This document shows, one piece after another, positions 1 to 9,737 of a DNA stretch of 64,000 nucleotides. This DNA comes from an uncultured Gemmatimonadales bacterium. GTDB lineage: Bacteria > Gemmatimonadota > Gemmatimonadetes > Gemmatimonadales > GWC2-71-9. The stretch covers positions 320,001-384,000 of the forward strand of contig CAVSQW010000012.1 in the NCBI GenBank assembly GCA_963730185.1, given 5' to 3'. The notes under the pieces were generated by a model that was not told the origin of the DNA, ran no database searches, and saw nothing but the letters and a program-made list of their open reading frames with translations. Numbering within the stretch: position 1 is the first letter of the stretch; each line of letters starts with the position of its first letter. Both the position numbers and the translations under genes were made by a program.

Positions 1-405
1 GAAGAACACTCCGGCATAGCGGTTGGTCACCGCGGCGAGATAGTCTCCCAAAGCGCCGTGGTAGATCCCGCCACCCGGCACGTAGGCGAGGTGCCCGCCC
101 GACGCCGGATTGAGTCCCGGCCGGTCCACCTCGGTCCCGAGGAGGGCCAGCGCGTCCTGGACCGGGATGGGGTCCTCGCCGATCGGCGACTCGAGGAGCC
201 CGGCGGCCGGGTTCTCCACCTCCACGAAGGCCGGCAGGTCGCGGACCCGACGAAGGAACCGCTCCCCGTAGGCGAGCACCGGGTCGCGCAGGGCCCGGCG
301 GCGCGAGGCCCCGGGCTCGAGCGGCCGGGCTGCCCGCTGCAGGGTCGCGATCCGATCGAGCAGCGCCTGCCGCTCCGGATCGCCGGGCTCAGGCGGGGCG
401 GTCAC
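1..405 (-). CDS. PLP-dependent (group II, aromatic amino acid-type) decarboxylase, N-terminal part; runs off window start
   Basis: Not in the ORF track; read by hand from GTG at 405: MTAPPEPGDPERQALL...PGLNPASGGHLAYVPGGGIYHGALGDYLAAVTNRYAGVFF. The start overlaps the kinase stop (GTGA). Confidence 0.7.
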   Translation of the reverse strand, partial: MTAPPEPGDPERQALLDRIATLQRAARPLEPGASRRRALRDPVLAYGERFLRRVRDLPAFVEVENPAAGLLESPIGEDPIPVQDALALLGTEVDRPGLNPASGGHLAYVPGGGIYHGALGDYLAAVTNRYAGVFF

Positions 406-2519
406 GGCGTCAAGGTGAGAAACTTCCACGCGCCGCCTTCGAATTTGAGGGTCGCCTCGCTCTTGATCACCGAATGAAAGGGATCGCCGCGGTCGGGCTT
501 GAACGAGAGATCGATCGTGAACGACGCGTCGGCCAGGTCGCCACGCTCGGTGACGTCGGTGATGTTGAGGACGGCCTTCAGGTCCTTGACGTCGTCGCGG
601 AAGAGATCGTGCCACACCTTTTCCCGGGAGGCCGAGAGGGCCGGAAACAGAGCCTTGACCCGGTCCAGGCTCTTGTTGTTGATGGCGTCGACGTACTGAG
701 CGATGACCCGGCGGATGGCCGGGGCCCGGCTCGGGGGTGGCGACGGCGGTGTCACCCGCACCGTATCGACCCGGACCGGCGCCGGCGGGGGAGGTGGGGC
801 CGGCGCAGGTGCCGGGGCCGTCGAGTCGACCGCCTTGGCCACCACCGTGGGCGTCTGCCGGGGAGCCGGCTTGGTGCTGGTCGGCGGCGGCGGTGGGGGC
901 GGGCTCGGCGCGGGCCGGCTTCGCTGGACCCGGGCCATGAGGCTCTGCCCTTCGCCGTTGTCGGGATCGCGCCGGAGCACCACCGCCAGCTCGCGCTCGG
1001 CGCCGGCCCAGTCGCGGGCGTCGATCAGGCGCCGGGCCTCGGTCAGGCGGCCGGTCACCTCCGCGGCGACGGTCGATCCGGCCGGCGCGATCGTGGAATC
1101 GGACGCCGCAACCGGCGGGGTGGCCGCGACCGTGCTGTCGGCGGGAGCGGCCGGTGTGGACCGGCTCCGCATCGCGGCCAGCACCGCCAGGACGGTGAAG
1201 ACGGCCGCGGTCACGAACACCCCGAGCCCTGCCAGGATCTTCCGCTTGGTGGCCCTTCGGGTAATGTCGGACGGCTGGACGAACGACGGGGGGCTGGTGC
1301 GCGAGCGGCGGGGGGTGAGGCTGGCGGGCCCCAGGACCGGAGTGTCGTGCCGGGCCAGGGCGGCCAGAAAGCCGCGGACCGGGTCGTCGTCGGGCAGCGC
1401 CTCTCCGCCGAGCGCCGCGACCGCCTCGCTCAGCGCGGGGAAGCGGTCGGCGGGCTTCTTGGCCAGCATCCGGTTCACCGCCGCCTCGATCTCGGGCGGG
1501 CAGTCGGGACGGAGCTCGCGGATCGAGGGCGGCGGGTCCCGGCTGATGGCCAGGGCCAACGCCACCGAGGTTTCCCGCTCGAACGGCGGCTTCCCGGTCA
1601 GGAGCTCGAACGCCACCGTGCCGAGGGCGTACTGGTCGGAGGCCGGGGTGAGGACCTCCACCCCGGAGCACTGCTCGGGGCTCATGTAGAGCGGCGTGCC
1701 CATCGGGCCCACGGTCGCGCTGGTGTTGAGATCCATCACCTTGGCGATCCCGAAGTCGGTCACCAGCGCGTTGCCGTAGGCGTCCATCATGATGTTCGCC
1801 GGCTTCACGTCGCGGTGGATCACCCCGGCCCGATGGGCGTGGCTCAACCCGGCGGCCGCCTGGTACATGACCGACTGGACCGCCGCCACCGGCAGGGGGC
1901 CGAACTCGCGGACCATCTGGGCCAGCGACTGGCCCGAGATGAACTGCATCACGAAGAAGTGGAGGTCGTCCATCGCCTCCACCGCGTGGACCGTCACGAT
2001 GTTGGGGTGATGGAACGAGGCCATGGTCCGGGCCTCGCGGAGGAACCGATCCACCAGGGCGTCGTCGAGCAGGAAGCTCGGCCGCATGACCTTGATGGCC
2101 ACCTTCCGGTGGAGGGCCACCTCATGGGCGAGGAAGACCGCCGCCATCCCGCCCCGCCCGAGCTCGCGCTCGACCTCGTACCGCCCGGTCGTCACCTCCT
2201 TGAGGCGCTCGGCCAGCTCCTTCCAGGCCGCCTCGCCGCCGTAGCGCTTCTGCCGCCGCGGCTCGAGGTTGCTCCCCGGTCGCGGCGAGCCGCAGCGGGG
2301 GCAGAAGAGCTCGATCTGGGCCAGCTCCCGGCCGCAGCTGTCGCAGGGGACCGGGACCTCGCCCATCTGGGTCCGCGGCGAGATCGGCGCGCCGCTGGAC
2401 TCACCCGGCGGCGGAGTCGCGACGGCCACCGCCGACTCCGCCGCCTTCCCGCACGACGGACAGAAGAGCTCCCCCTCGAAGAGGGGCTCGCCGCAGCGGG
2501 TGCAGGGATAGGAGTCCAT
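402..2519 (-). CDS. Hanks-type Ser/Thr protein kinase with two N-terminal zinc ribbons, one TM helix and a Pro-rich extracytoplasmic C-terminus
   Basis: GRGGMAAV, VAIK, HRDVKPAN, DFG and YMSPEQ motifs; two CxxC-x10-CxxC ribbons; TM ILAGLGVFVTAAVFTVLAVLAAM. Confidence 0.95.
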   Translation of the reverse strand: MDSYPCTRCGEPLFEGELFCPSCGKAAESAVAVATPPPGESSGAPISPRTQMGEVPVPCDSCGRELAQIELFCPRCGSPRPGSNLEPRRQKRYGGEAAWKELAERLKEVTTGRYEVERELGRGGMAAVFLAHEVALHRKVAIKVMRPSFLLDDALVDRFLREARTMASFHHPNIVTVHAVEAMDDLHFFVMQFISGQSLAQMVREFGPLPVAAVQSVMYQAAAGLSHAHRAGVIHRDVKPANIMMDAYGNALVTDFGIAKVMDLNTSATVGPMGTPLYMSPEQCSGVEVLTPASDQYALGTVAFELLTGKPPFERETSVALALAISRDPPPSIRELRPDCPPEIEAAVNRMLAKKPADRFPALSEAVAALGGEALPDDDPVRGFLAALARHDTPVLGPASLTPRRSRTSPPSFVQPSDITRRATKRKILAGLGVFVTAAVFTVLAVLAAMRSRSTPAAPADSTVAATPPVAASDSTIAPAGSTVAAEVTGRLTEARRLIDARDWAGAERELAVVLRRDPDNGEGQSLMARVQRSRPAPSPPPPPPPTSTKPAPRQTPTVVAKAVDSTAPAPAPAPPPPPAPVRVDTVRVTPPSPPPSRAPAIRRVIAQYVDAINNKSLDRVKALFPALSASREKVWHDLFRDDVKDLKAVLNITDVTERGDLADASFTIDLSFKPDRGDPFHSVIKSEATLKFEGGAWKFLTLTP

Positions 2520-2540
2520 CGGCTCGCCGCCGGAGGGTGC

Positions 2541-2774
2541 CTAACGTCCGGGCTCGACCGACTCGCCGGTTCGGCAGAGCTGGTAGAGCTTCCGGTCGGT
2601 GAGCCGGGCCCAGGCCTCGGGGTACTCGATCACGCGCAACACCTCGCTCGGGGATTCACAGCGGAGCGACCGGAACATGGTGCCCTGATTCTCTTCGGTC
2701 ACCCGGAAGAGGAGATCGCCATTCTCGTCGAGGATCTGTCGCACCGGGGGGCCGGCAGGACGGGACTCGGTCAT
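2541..2774 (-). CDS. Small hypothetical protein (77 aa)
   Basis: Co-oriented between the Sel1 gene and the kinase; normal composition; GAGG upstream of the start. Confidence 0.6.
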   Translation of the reverse strand: MTESRPAGPPVRQILDENGDLLFRVTEENQGTMFRSLRCESPSEVLRVIEYPEAWARLTDRKLYQLCRTGESVEPGR

Positions 2775-2809
2775 CGCACACCTCGGTTGACGGCGCCGCC
2801 ACCCGCCGG

Positions 2810-3385
2810 TCAGTTCTTCTCGAGCTTCCTGGCCTCGTCGGCGGCGTCCCGATTCCCGAGGGCGGCGGACCGCTTGAACCAGTCGAGCGCCTGGGCCGGC
2901 GACTTCTCCACCCCCCGGCCGTCCTTGTACATCTTGCCCAGGTAGTACATCGCGTCGGCGTCGTTCCGCTCGGCGGCCTGGAGATAGTATCGGGCGGCCT
3001 CGGCCTCGTTCTTCTGGACCCCCTTACCCCGCTCGTAGGCGCGGCCGAGGTGGCTGAGGGCCGCGCCTCCGCTGCCGGCGGCCGCCGCCTGACGGTAGAG
3101 GGCCACGGCGCCCTCCTCGTCCTTCTTGACACCGTCGCCGTTCTCGAGCGCCTCGCCGTACTCGACCATCGCGACCGGGTCGCCCTGGTCGGCCGCCGCT
3201 TTGAACCAGCGGGCCGACTCGCGCTCGTCCTTCTTGATCCCGTTGCCGCTCCGGTAGAGGTATCCGATCCGGGTCTGCGACTCGCGGTTGCCGGCCTCGG
3301 CGGCCTTGAGATACCAATTCGCGGCCTGCTGCATGTCCCGCGGCACGCCGTTGCCCAGCTCCCGCATCCGCCCGATCCGCACCAT
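2810..3385 (-). CDS. Sel1-like repeat domain; probably the C-terminal part of the gene starting at 4731 (frameshift at 3477-3483)
   Basis: Repeated A..LG..Y..G.GV.KD...A..WY..AA..G units; the frame stays open upstream (SCARAFGRSEWQQAADLCLTAATKGDVDA) up to the G7 run. Confidence 0.9.
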   Translation of the reverse strand: MVRIGRMRELGNGVPRDMQQAANWYLKAAEAGNRESQTRIGYLYRSGNGIKKDERESARWFKAAADQGDPVAMVEYGEALENGDGVKKDEEGAVALYRQAAAAGSGGAALSHLGRAYERGKGVQKNEAEAARYYLQAAERNDADAMYYLGKMYKDGRGVEKSPAQALDWFKRSAALGNRDAADEARKLEKN

Positions 3386-3414
3386 GGCGTCGACGTCGCC
3401 CTTGGTGGCGGCGG

Positions 3415-4731
3415 TCAGACAGAGATCGGCCGCCTGCTGCCACTCGCTCCGCCCGAACGCCCGGGCGCAGCTGGGTGGGGGGGCGGGGGCGGCGGCGCGG
3501 GCGCGGGCTTCGGGGCCGGCTGGTCGGCCACCACTTGGCGGAGCGTGGGGCGCCAGCTGAACGTCTGCCCCGCCCGGACCGTGACGGTGGAGGTCATCGA
3601 CTCGAAGCCCCGTACCGAGAGCGACAGTCGATGGGTCCCCGCCTCAACCTCGGTCGAGCGCCCCCGGACCGGCGACCCGTCGATCCGGAAATCCGCGCCG
3701 GCCGGGAGGGCCAACCCCAGCGCCACGGTGCCGCGGGTCGAGGAGGTGGCCGGCGGCGGAGGCTCCGGAGCAGGCGGCTCCGTCAGGGTGGAGTCGGTCA
3801 GTCCGCCGAGCGGGTCGGGCGGCGGGGTCACTACGACCGGCATGGTGCTGTCGACGGCGGGGGGCGCCGGGGCTGGAATCGGCTCGTCGCCGCCCCGGAA
3901 GACCAGCGCCAGGATCAGCACCAGGAGCACCCCGCCCCCGATCCCGAACATCGCCTTCCGCGACAGCTGGAATCGAGGCAGCGACCGGCCGCCGGCGGGA
4001 CGCGCCGCACGCGGGGCCGCGGGCTTGGCCGGTGCGGGAGGCGGCGGCGAAGCCGGGCCGGAGGCGACCGGGGGCGGCATCGGCGGCGGCGCGGCCCCGA
4101 GCACCTGGGTCTTCCCCAGCTCGGCCGCCAGCGGGCGCATCACCTGCGTCTCACCGATCGAATAGGCGGCTTGCGAGGCGTCGGTGGTCTCCTCGCGGCG
4201 AAGCCTCAGGGCCACCAGCTTGCCGTCCCGAGCCAGGTCCTTCGCGAAGAAGACCGTGCCACCGCCTTCCGCACGGTCCATCTGGCCTAGAATCTCATAG
4301 GAACCGGAGGTGGCCTCCTTGACGGCCTCGAGGAGGCCGGCCTTGTCCTCCGCCGAAGGCGCCTGGACCCCGCCTGACAGGTCGGCTCCGCACCGGTAAC
4401 AGAAACGCTCCCAGTCCGAGAGCTCGGCCTTGCACTCCGGACACCGGCTTTCGACCCCCGGCAGGGAGCCGTCGAGGGTTCGGACCACTTCGAGCGTGTA
4501 GTCGTCACCGGCGGCGCCCGAGGGGTTTCGCTGCAGCTTGAGCACGACGAGGTGGGTCGTCTCGTTCTCGCGAGCGAGGTAGACGACGTTGCCGCTCTTG
4601 CTCCGGCCCATCTCACCCAGGATGTCGTACACGCCGGCGGCGGCCTCGCGAACCTGAGCCAGCAAGCGGTCCAGCGGGTCGCCCCCGCCGGCCGCGACAT
4701 TGAACTGGGTGGGCCCGCCGTCTCCGATCAT
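3415..4731 (-). CDS. Membrane protein with two kinase-N-lobe-like segments, a zinc ribbon, a TM helix and a PEGA-like domain; N-terminal part of a frameshifted Sel1 protein
   Basis: GVYDILGEMGRS..VVYLARE..VVLKL and GSYEILGQMDRA..VFFAKD..VALRL; CPEC..CYRC; TM FGIGGGVLLVLILALVF; PAGADFRIDG..AGTHRLSLSVRGF. Confidence 0.75.
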   Translation of the reverse strand: MIGDGGPTQFNVAAGGGDPLDRLLAQVREAAAGVYDILGEMGRSKSGNVVYLARENETTHLVVLKLQRNPSGAAGDDYTLEVVRTLDGSLPGVESRCPECKAELSDWERFCYRCGADLSGGVQAPSAEDKAGLLEAVKEATSGSYEILGQMDRAEGGGTVFFAKDLARDGKLVALRLRREETTDASQAAYSIGETQVMRPLAAELGKTQVLGAAPPPMPPPVASGPASPPPPAPAKPAAPRAARPAGGRSLPRFQLSRKAMFGIGGGVLLVLILALVFRGGDEPIPAPAPPAVDSTMPVVVTPPPDPLGGLTDSTLTEPPAPEPPPPATSSTRGTVALGLALPAGADFRIDGSPVRGRSTEVEAGTHRLSLSVRGFESMTSTVTVRAGQTFSWRPTLRQVVADQPAPKPAPAPPPPPPHPAAPGRSGGASGSRRPISV

Positions 4732-4875
4732 TGCCGCGCTCGATTCGAAACCCAGGGTAACTGGGGAAGGTAGGATATCCTCTTACCCGCGCAAGTCGCG
4801 GGCCGACAAGCGACTTGGCAGCCGTCGCGGGGCCGCCCATGTTCCTTCCGAGCCCCCTTTTCCGGAGGTGTCCCC

Positions 4876-5577
4876 ATGCTCTGGTCGCTCTTGGTTGGAG
4901 CCTTCATCGCCATCCCCGGGCCCGCGCCCGCAGGCATCCCGCCGGCCGCCACCGACTCGATCCGGATCGGCGTCATCAGCGGGCCGCTCGGCTCGTTCGC
5001 CTCGACCATGCTCGAGGCCCGCCGGATCCCGTTCGACACCGTCACCGAAAAGACCCCGAGCGGCGATCTGAACGGGTACGACATCCTGATCGTCGACAAT
5101 CTGTTCCGGCTCACCGACCTGAACGGACCGGCCTTCCAACGGTACGTGGCCAAGGGCGGGGTCCTGGTGGTGATCAACCCGAAACCCGACGGGTTCACCC
5201 GGGCGTTTTCTCCCTACGACATCTTCATCGGGGACTACGTCCGCGAGGGCAAGATCGAAGACCGGAAGCATCCGCTCTTCGACGGCTTCAAGGACGACAA
5301 GCTGCAAGATTTTGCCGATTCGAATGGTCCCTACGTGGGCAATTGCTCGTTCACCGAGCCCGGCAAGCAGTGGACCGTGCTGGCCAAGCCGACCAAGGGC
5401 AAGAACGCGTTGATCGTGGAAGCGGGCTACGGCAAGGGCTGGATGATCCTGACCTGCACTCGCTTCGATTTCTACAACGCGAAGCCCGATCCGACCCGGC
5501 TGGGCGACAACCTGATCGACTACGCCATGGCCAAGGCCCGCGCGATCCATGACTCCGCGGCAGCCAAGCCGCGATGA
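4876..5577 (+). CDS. Secreted hypothetical protein (possible glutamine-amidotransferase-like fold)
   Basis: GGAGG RBS; hydrophobic signal peptide; DLNGYDILIV..YVAKGGVLVV pattern. Confidence 0.7.
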   Translation: MLWSLLVGAFIAIPGPAPAGIPPAATDSIRIGVISGPLGSFASTMLEARRIPFDTVTEKTPSGDLNGYDILIVDNLFRLTDLNGPAFQRYVAKGGVLVVINPKPDGFTRAFSPYDIFIGDYVREGKIEDRKHPLFDGFKDDKLQDFADSNGPYVGNCSFTEPGKQWTVLAKPTKGKNALIVEAGYGKGWMILTCTRFDFYNAKPDPTRLGDNLIDYAMAKARAIHDSAAAKPR

Positions 5578-5722
5578 GGGAATTGGCGCCTGCTCGTCGC
5601 CTTGCCTGGTGAGACCCCTATAGGCGCTTGACAACTGGAGCCTTACGAGGCCAATTGTGAACGGTACGTCACCGCGGCCATCCCAGCGGCCCCCCCGATC
5701 CACATCCGGCGAGCTTCATACC

Positions 5723-8320
5723 ATGATCGTGCGCCTCCCTGGGCGACTCCTTGCGGCCGCCTTTCCGATCGTCGTCGTGGCCGGCTGCGCCCTCGAGACC
5801 AGTCTCTCGCTGCCGCCGTCGTTCTCGGTTTCCAATACGGCCGTGACCATCGCCACCAACGTGGGCGGCGGGGCCTCGAGTGAGAACATCACGATCGTCA
5901 ACGCGACCGATGGGACGCTCCAGGGGCTCGCGGCCGTGGTGAGCTACGCCGAAGGGCAGCCCGGCAACTGGCTCACCGCGACCATCGATCGACCAACGGC
6001 GACTCGCGATCAACCCGCCACGCTGACCCTTCAGGCCACACCGGGCAGCCTGGCGGAAGGTGGCTATCAGGCCATCGTCAAGCTGAGCGCCCAGAACGCC
6101 CGCAACGACAACGGCATCGGCTTCGTCGAGATCACCGTCACCCTGCAAGTCCAGCCTCCCCCGGCCTCGTCGATCGCGATCGTCACCCAACCGTCGGGGC
6201 AGGTTGGAAACGGCTCCCTCCTGGCCCAGCAACCCGTGCTCCAGCTCCGGAACTCGGCGGGCGCGAACGCGCCGGTGGCCGGCGTGGTGATCACCGCGGC
6301 GGTGACCGAGGCCGGGAGCCAGCTGCAAGGCACGCTGGCCGTCGCGACCGACGCCCAGGGCGTCGCCCGGTTCACGGACCTCGGCCTCCTGGGGACGATC
6401 GGGACTTACACCCTGACGTTTTCGTCGCCCAATCTGACCACGGCGACCACCGGACCGGTCACGCTGACCGCCGGTCCGGCGACGGCGGTCGAGGCCGTGT
6501 CGTCGGTGCTGCAGGCGGCGGCGGTCGGGACGCTGGTGGCGGAGCCGCCGAGCGTTCGAGTGATCGACCAGTCGGGGAATCCAGTCAGTGGCTTCGCCGT
6601 ATCCTTCGGGGTGAGCGCCGGCGGGTCGATCACCCCGACCGGCACCCTCACCAGCGCTGGGCAGACCGGGTTAGCAACCCTGACCTCCTGGCGGCTGAGC
6701 CCGACCGCCGGGGCGAATACCGTGACGGCCTCGGCGACCGGCCTTCAGGGCAGCCCCGTCGTCTTTACCGCGTCCGGCACCTCCGGCGCCGCCACGGTCC
6801 TTACCAAACAGTCCGGTGACAACCTCACGGGCCTGGTGGGCACGACCCTCGCGACCCCGCACGTGGTTCGGGTTGCCGACGGCAATGGCAACGGGGTGGC
6901 CGGCGTGACCATCAACTGGACCGTGACGGGAGGCGGAACGGTGAGCCCGTCGACCTCGGTGACCGACATTGACGGTCTCGCCTCGGCGACGCGAACGTTG
7001 GGCCCGACGGCGGGACCGGCCACGACCATCGCCTCGGCCACCCTCAACGGGATTCCGGTCAGCACCACCTTCGCCGTCACGGGCGTGACCTCGGCACCGA
7101 CCGACATCGTGAAGATCGCCGGCGACGCCCAGACCGGCGGGATCGGCGCCACCTTGCCCACGCCCCTGACAGTCGAGGTGCGCGACGCCAACGGCGCTCC
7201 CGTCTCGAACATCACCGTCACCTTCACTACGACCACGCCCGGCGGCAGCTTCCCGTCCGGGGCGGTGGTCCAGACCGACGCGGCAGGTCAGGCGAGCGCC
7301 ACTTGGCGGCTGGGTAATCAAGTCGGCACTCAGACGGCCCAGGCTGCGGTCGGCGGCCCGGCGCCAGCCGTCTTCACCGCCACGGCGGAGGCCGGGTCGG
7401 TGAGCGCGACGCTCTCGACCGTGGCCGCGGCGCCGATCACGATCACCGCGGGAGGTGCGCCCGCGGTCATCACGGTGACGGCGAAGGACGCGGCCGGGAA
7501 CCCGGTGAGCGGGGCCGCCGTCACCTTGGCGGTCGCCGGACCGGGCACCCTGACCCAGCCAACCAGCCCAACCGATGCCACCGGCCAAACCACCGGCCAG
7601 CTCACGTCGACGGTGTCCGGCAGCGCAGTGGTGACCGCGACCGCCAGCGGGGTCGACATCGCCCAGTCGTCGACCATCATGATCCAGGCCGGGGCACCCA
7701 CCAAGGCGGTCGCGACCTCCGCGCTGACTCAGCCGGCCCGGTTCGGGCAGCCGGTGAGCGACCTGCCGGGCGTGTTGGTCACCGACCAGTACGACAACCC
7801 GGTCCCGAACGTCTCGGTGAGCTTCTTCGTCACGCAGGGTTCGAGCGCTGCTCTGCCGAGTCAGATCAAGACCAACGCCAACGGCGTCGCCCGGGTTGGA
7901 GCCTGGGTGCTCGATCCATACTCGAGCCAGGTACAGAGCGCCATCAACGTCTACAACCGACTGACCGCGACCGTCGCGGGAGCCGGCATCACCGGCGGCA
8001 CCATGACGTTCCTGGCGCTCGTCAACGTCTTCCATGACGCCGATCTCCAGGAGATCTGGAACGACAAGTGCATCTCCTGTCACGACAATACCCAGCAGCC
8101 CGACCTACGCGCCGGCCACAATGCCTACGCCACACTGGTCGGAGCCGCAAACCAGCTCTACGTCGTCCCCGGTGATTCGGTGACCCGCACCGCCAACAAG
8201 AACAAGCTTCTCTACTGGCCCAGCGGCCTGAACGGGGCCGGCCACTCGGGTGGATCCATGGCCAACAACCTGCTCACGATCGTTGCCGCGTGGATCGCCC
8301 AGGGCGCGCCGCGCAACTAA
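5723..8320 (+). CDS. Lipoprotein with tandem bacterial Ig-like (Big_1/invasin-type) domains and a C-terminal mono-heme cytochrome c domain
   Basis: Lipobox VVAGC after ATG 5723; repeated V.V.D..GNPV.G..V.F / T...G.A units; C-terminal KCISCH...IVAAWIAQGAPRN. Confidence 0.8.
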   Translation: MIVRLPGRLLAAAFPIVVVAGCALETSLSLPPSFSVSNTAVTIATNVGGGASSENITIVNATDGTLQGLAAVVSYAEGQPGNWLTATIDRPTATRDQPATLTLQATPGSLAEGGYQAIVKLSAQNARNDNGIGFVEITVTLQVQPPPASSIAIVTQPSGQVGNGSLLAQQPVLQLRNSAGANAPVAGVVITAAVTEAGSQLQGTLAVATDAQGVARFTDLGLLGTIGTYTLTFSSPNLTTATTGPVTLTAGPATAVEAVSSVLQAAAVGTLVAEPPSVRVIDQSGNPVSGFAVSFGVSAGGSITPTGTLTSAGQTGLATLTSWRLSPTAGANTVTASATGLQGSPVVFTASGTSGAATVLTKQSGDNLTGLVGTTLATPHVVRVADGNGNGVAGVTINWTVTGGGTVSPSTSVTDIDGLASATRTLGPTAGPATTIASATLNGIPVSTTFAVTGVTSAPTDIVKIAGDAQTGGIGATLPTPLTVEVRDANGAPVSNITVTFTTTTPGGSFPSGAVVQTDAAGQASATWRLGNQVGTQTAQAAVGGPAPAVFTATAEAGSVSATLSTVAAAPITITAGGAPAVITVTAKDAAGNPVSGAAVTLAVAGPGTLTQPTSPTDATGQTTGQLTSTVSGSAVVTATASGVDIAQSSTIMIQAGAPTKAVATSALTQPARFGQPVSDLPGVLVTDQYDNPVPNVSVSFFVTQGSSAALPSQIKTNANGVARVGAWVLDPYSSQVQSAINVYNRLTATVAGAGITGGTMTFLALVNVFHDADLQEIWNDKCISCHDNTQQPDLRAGHNAYATLVGAANQLYVVPGDSVTRTANKNKLLYWPSGLNGAGHSGGSMANNLLTIVAAWIAQGAPRN

Positions 8321-8336
8321 CCTGAAGAGGCTCTCG

Positions 8337-9629
8337 ATGATGTCCCGCTTCGCATTGACCCTCGTCCTCTCCGTCGCCGCGGTTTCGACCGCGGCCGCTC
8401 AGGGCCTTCGCGACAAGGTCACCGACCTCTTTCGCTTCGGCGGAGGGTGCACTGACCCGGTCTGCCTCTCGGTCGACGGCACCCACGGTGAGCACTTCAA
8501 TCCCGCGGCCCGAACCGGCGGCAACAACCTGATCGGCTTCCTGACCGAGGCCATCGGCGCCAGCATCGCGAACATCCCGCTCAGCGCGGCGTCGGGCGGC
8601 GCCATCTGGGGCCGGAGCCCCGACGGGCTCCCGATCCGGACCGCGACGTCGGCCGGGCCGATCTTCGCCGAGCGGGGACAAACCCTGGGGCGGGGCCGGA
8701 TGCTCTTCGCGATGAACTTCAACCGGCTCGACTACCGCTCTCTCCGGGGGATTCCGCTGGACGGGCTCGTGACCACCTTCCCGCACCAGGACACCAACGG
8801 GGACGGCCTGGACACACCCGCCTTCGAGAGCGACGTGATCGAGGTCAGGACCACACTCAACATCAACGTCTCGGCCGTGACGCCCGTGCTGACCTACGGC
8901 CTGACCGATCACATCGACCTGAGCGTGGCGGTCCCCCTAGTCCGGACCTCACTTTCGGGCGAGAGTGAAGCGCAGATCATTCCCTTCTCCAATCCGACGC
9001 CCCACTACTTCGGGACGGCGGCCAACCCGCTGCTCCGCTCGACCGCCGGGGCTTCGGGCTCGGCCTCGGGCATCGGGGACATCGCGGTGCGGCTCAAGGC
9101 CTCGCTGGTGGCGAACCAGAAGGGCGCCTTCGCCCTGCTCGGTGACGTCCGCTTGCCGACCGGCAAGGAGGAGGATTTCCTGGGCGTGGGTGCCACCTCG
9201 TACAGCGTACTCGGCATCGGCTCGCTCCGGGCCGGCAACTTCTCGCCCCACTTGAACGGCGGCTACCTGCATCGGGGCGGCGCCTCCCAGAACGACGCCA
9301 TCCTGGCCACCCTGGGCTTCGATCACCTGATGGGCCCGGGCGCGACCCTCGCGTTCGACCTGATCACCGCTTGGCAGATCGGCGACAACAAGATCGAGTT
9401 TCCGCCCCCGGTCGAGGTCACGGCCAGCGTCGGTCCGGCCGCGGCGGTTCGGGTGGTTCACCAGACCAACATCCCGAACCGCAAGGACAACGTGATGATG
9501 GGGTCGCTCGGCGGGAAGGTGAGCGTGGGGCCGGGCTTCAGCCTGGTGGGGAACGCCCTGGTGCCACTCAATCAGGGCGGGTTGCAGCCGGGCGTGGCCT
9601 GGACGCTGGGCTTCGAGTACAGCTTCTGA
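8337..9629 (+). CDS. Outer-membrane beta-barrel (MetA-pathway/transporter-like)
   Basis: Signal peptide ending AAAQ; SGIGDIAVRLK and RLPTGKEEDFLG motifs; C-terminal beta-signal LGFEYSF. Confidence 0.75.
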   Translation: MMSRFALTLVLSVAAVSTAAAQGLRDKVTDLFRFGGGCTDPVCLSVDGTHGEHFNPAARTGGNNLIGFLTEAIGASIANIPLSAASGGAIWGRSPDGLPIRTATSAGPIFAERGQTLGRGRMLFAMNFNRLDYRSLRGIPLDGLVTTFPHQDTNGDGLDTPAFESDVIEVRTTLNINVSAVTPVLTYGLTDHIDLSVAVPLVRTSLSGESEAQIIPFSNPTPHYFGTAANPLLRSTAGASGSASGIGDIAVRLKASLVANQKGAFALLGDVRLPTGKEEDFLGVGATSYSVLGIGSLRAGNFSPHLNGGYLHRGGASQNDAILATLGFDHLMGPGATLAFDLITAWQIGDNKIEFPPPVEVTASVGPAAAVRVVHQTNIPNRKDNVMMGSLGGKVSVGPGFSLVGNALVPLNQGGLQPGVAWTLGFEYSF

Positions 9630-9642
9630 GCCAACCGAGCGG

Positions 9643-9707
9643 CGAGGCCGAATGGACAATGGGCCCGACGGATGATCCCGTCGGGCCCATTGTTCGTTCG
9701 GGCCTCG
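9643..9707. terminator. Long hairpin between convergent genes; probable bidirectional terminator
   Basis: acaatgggcccgacgg-atgatc-ccgtcgggcccattgt is a perfect core, extended by cgaggcc/ggcctcg. Confidence 0.7.
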
Positions 9708-9737
9708 AGGGCCGGGTTCGGTCCGGCCTGCCGCCGG

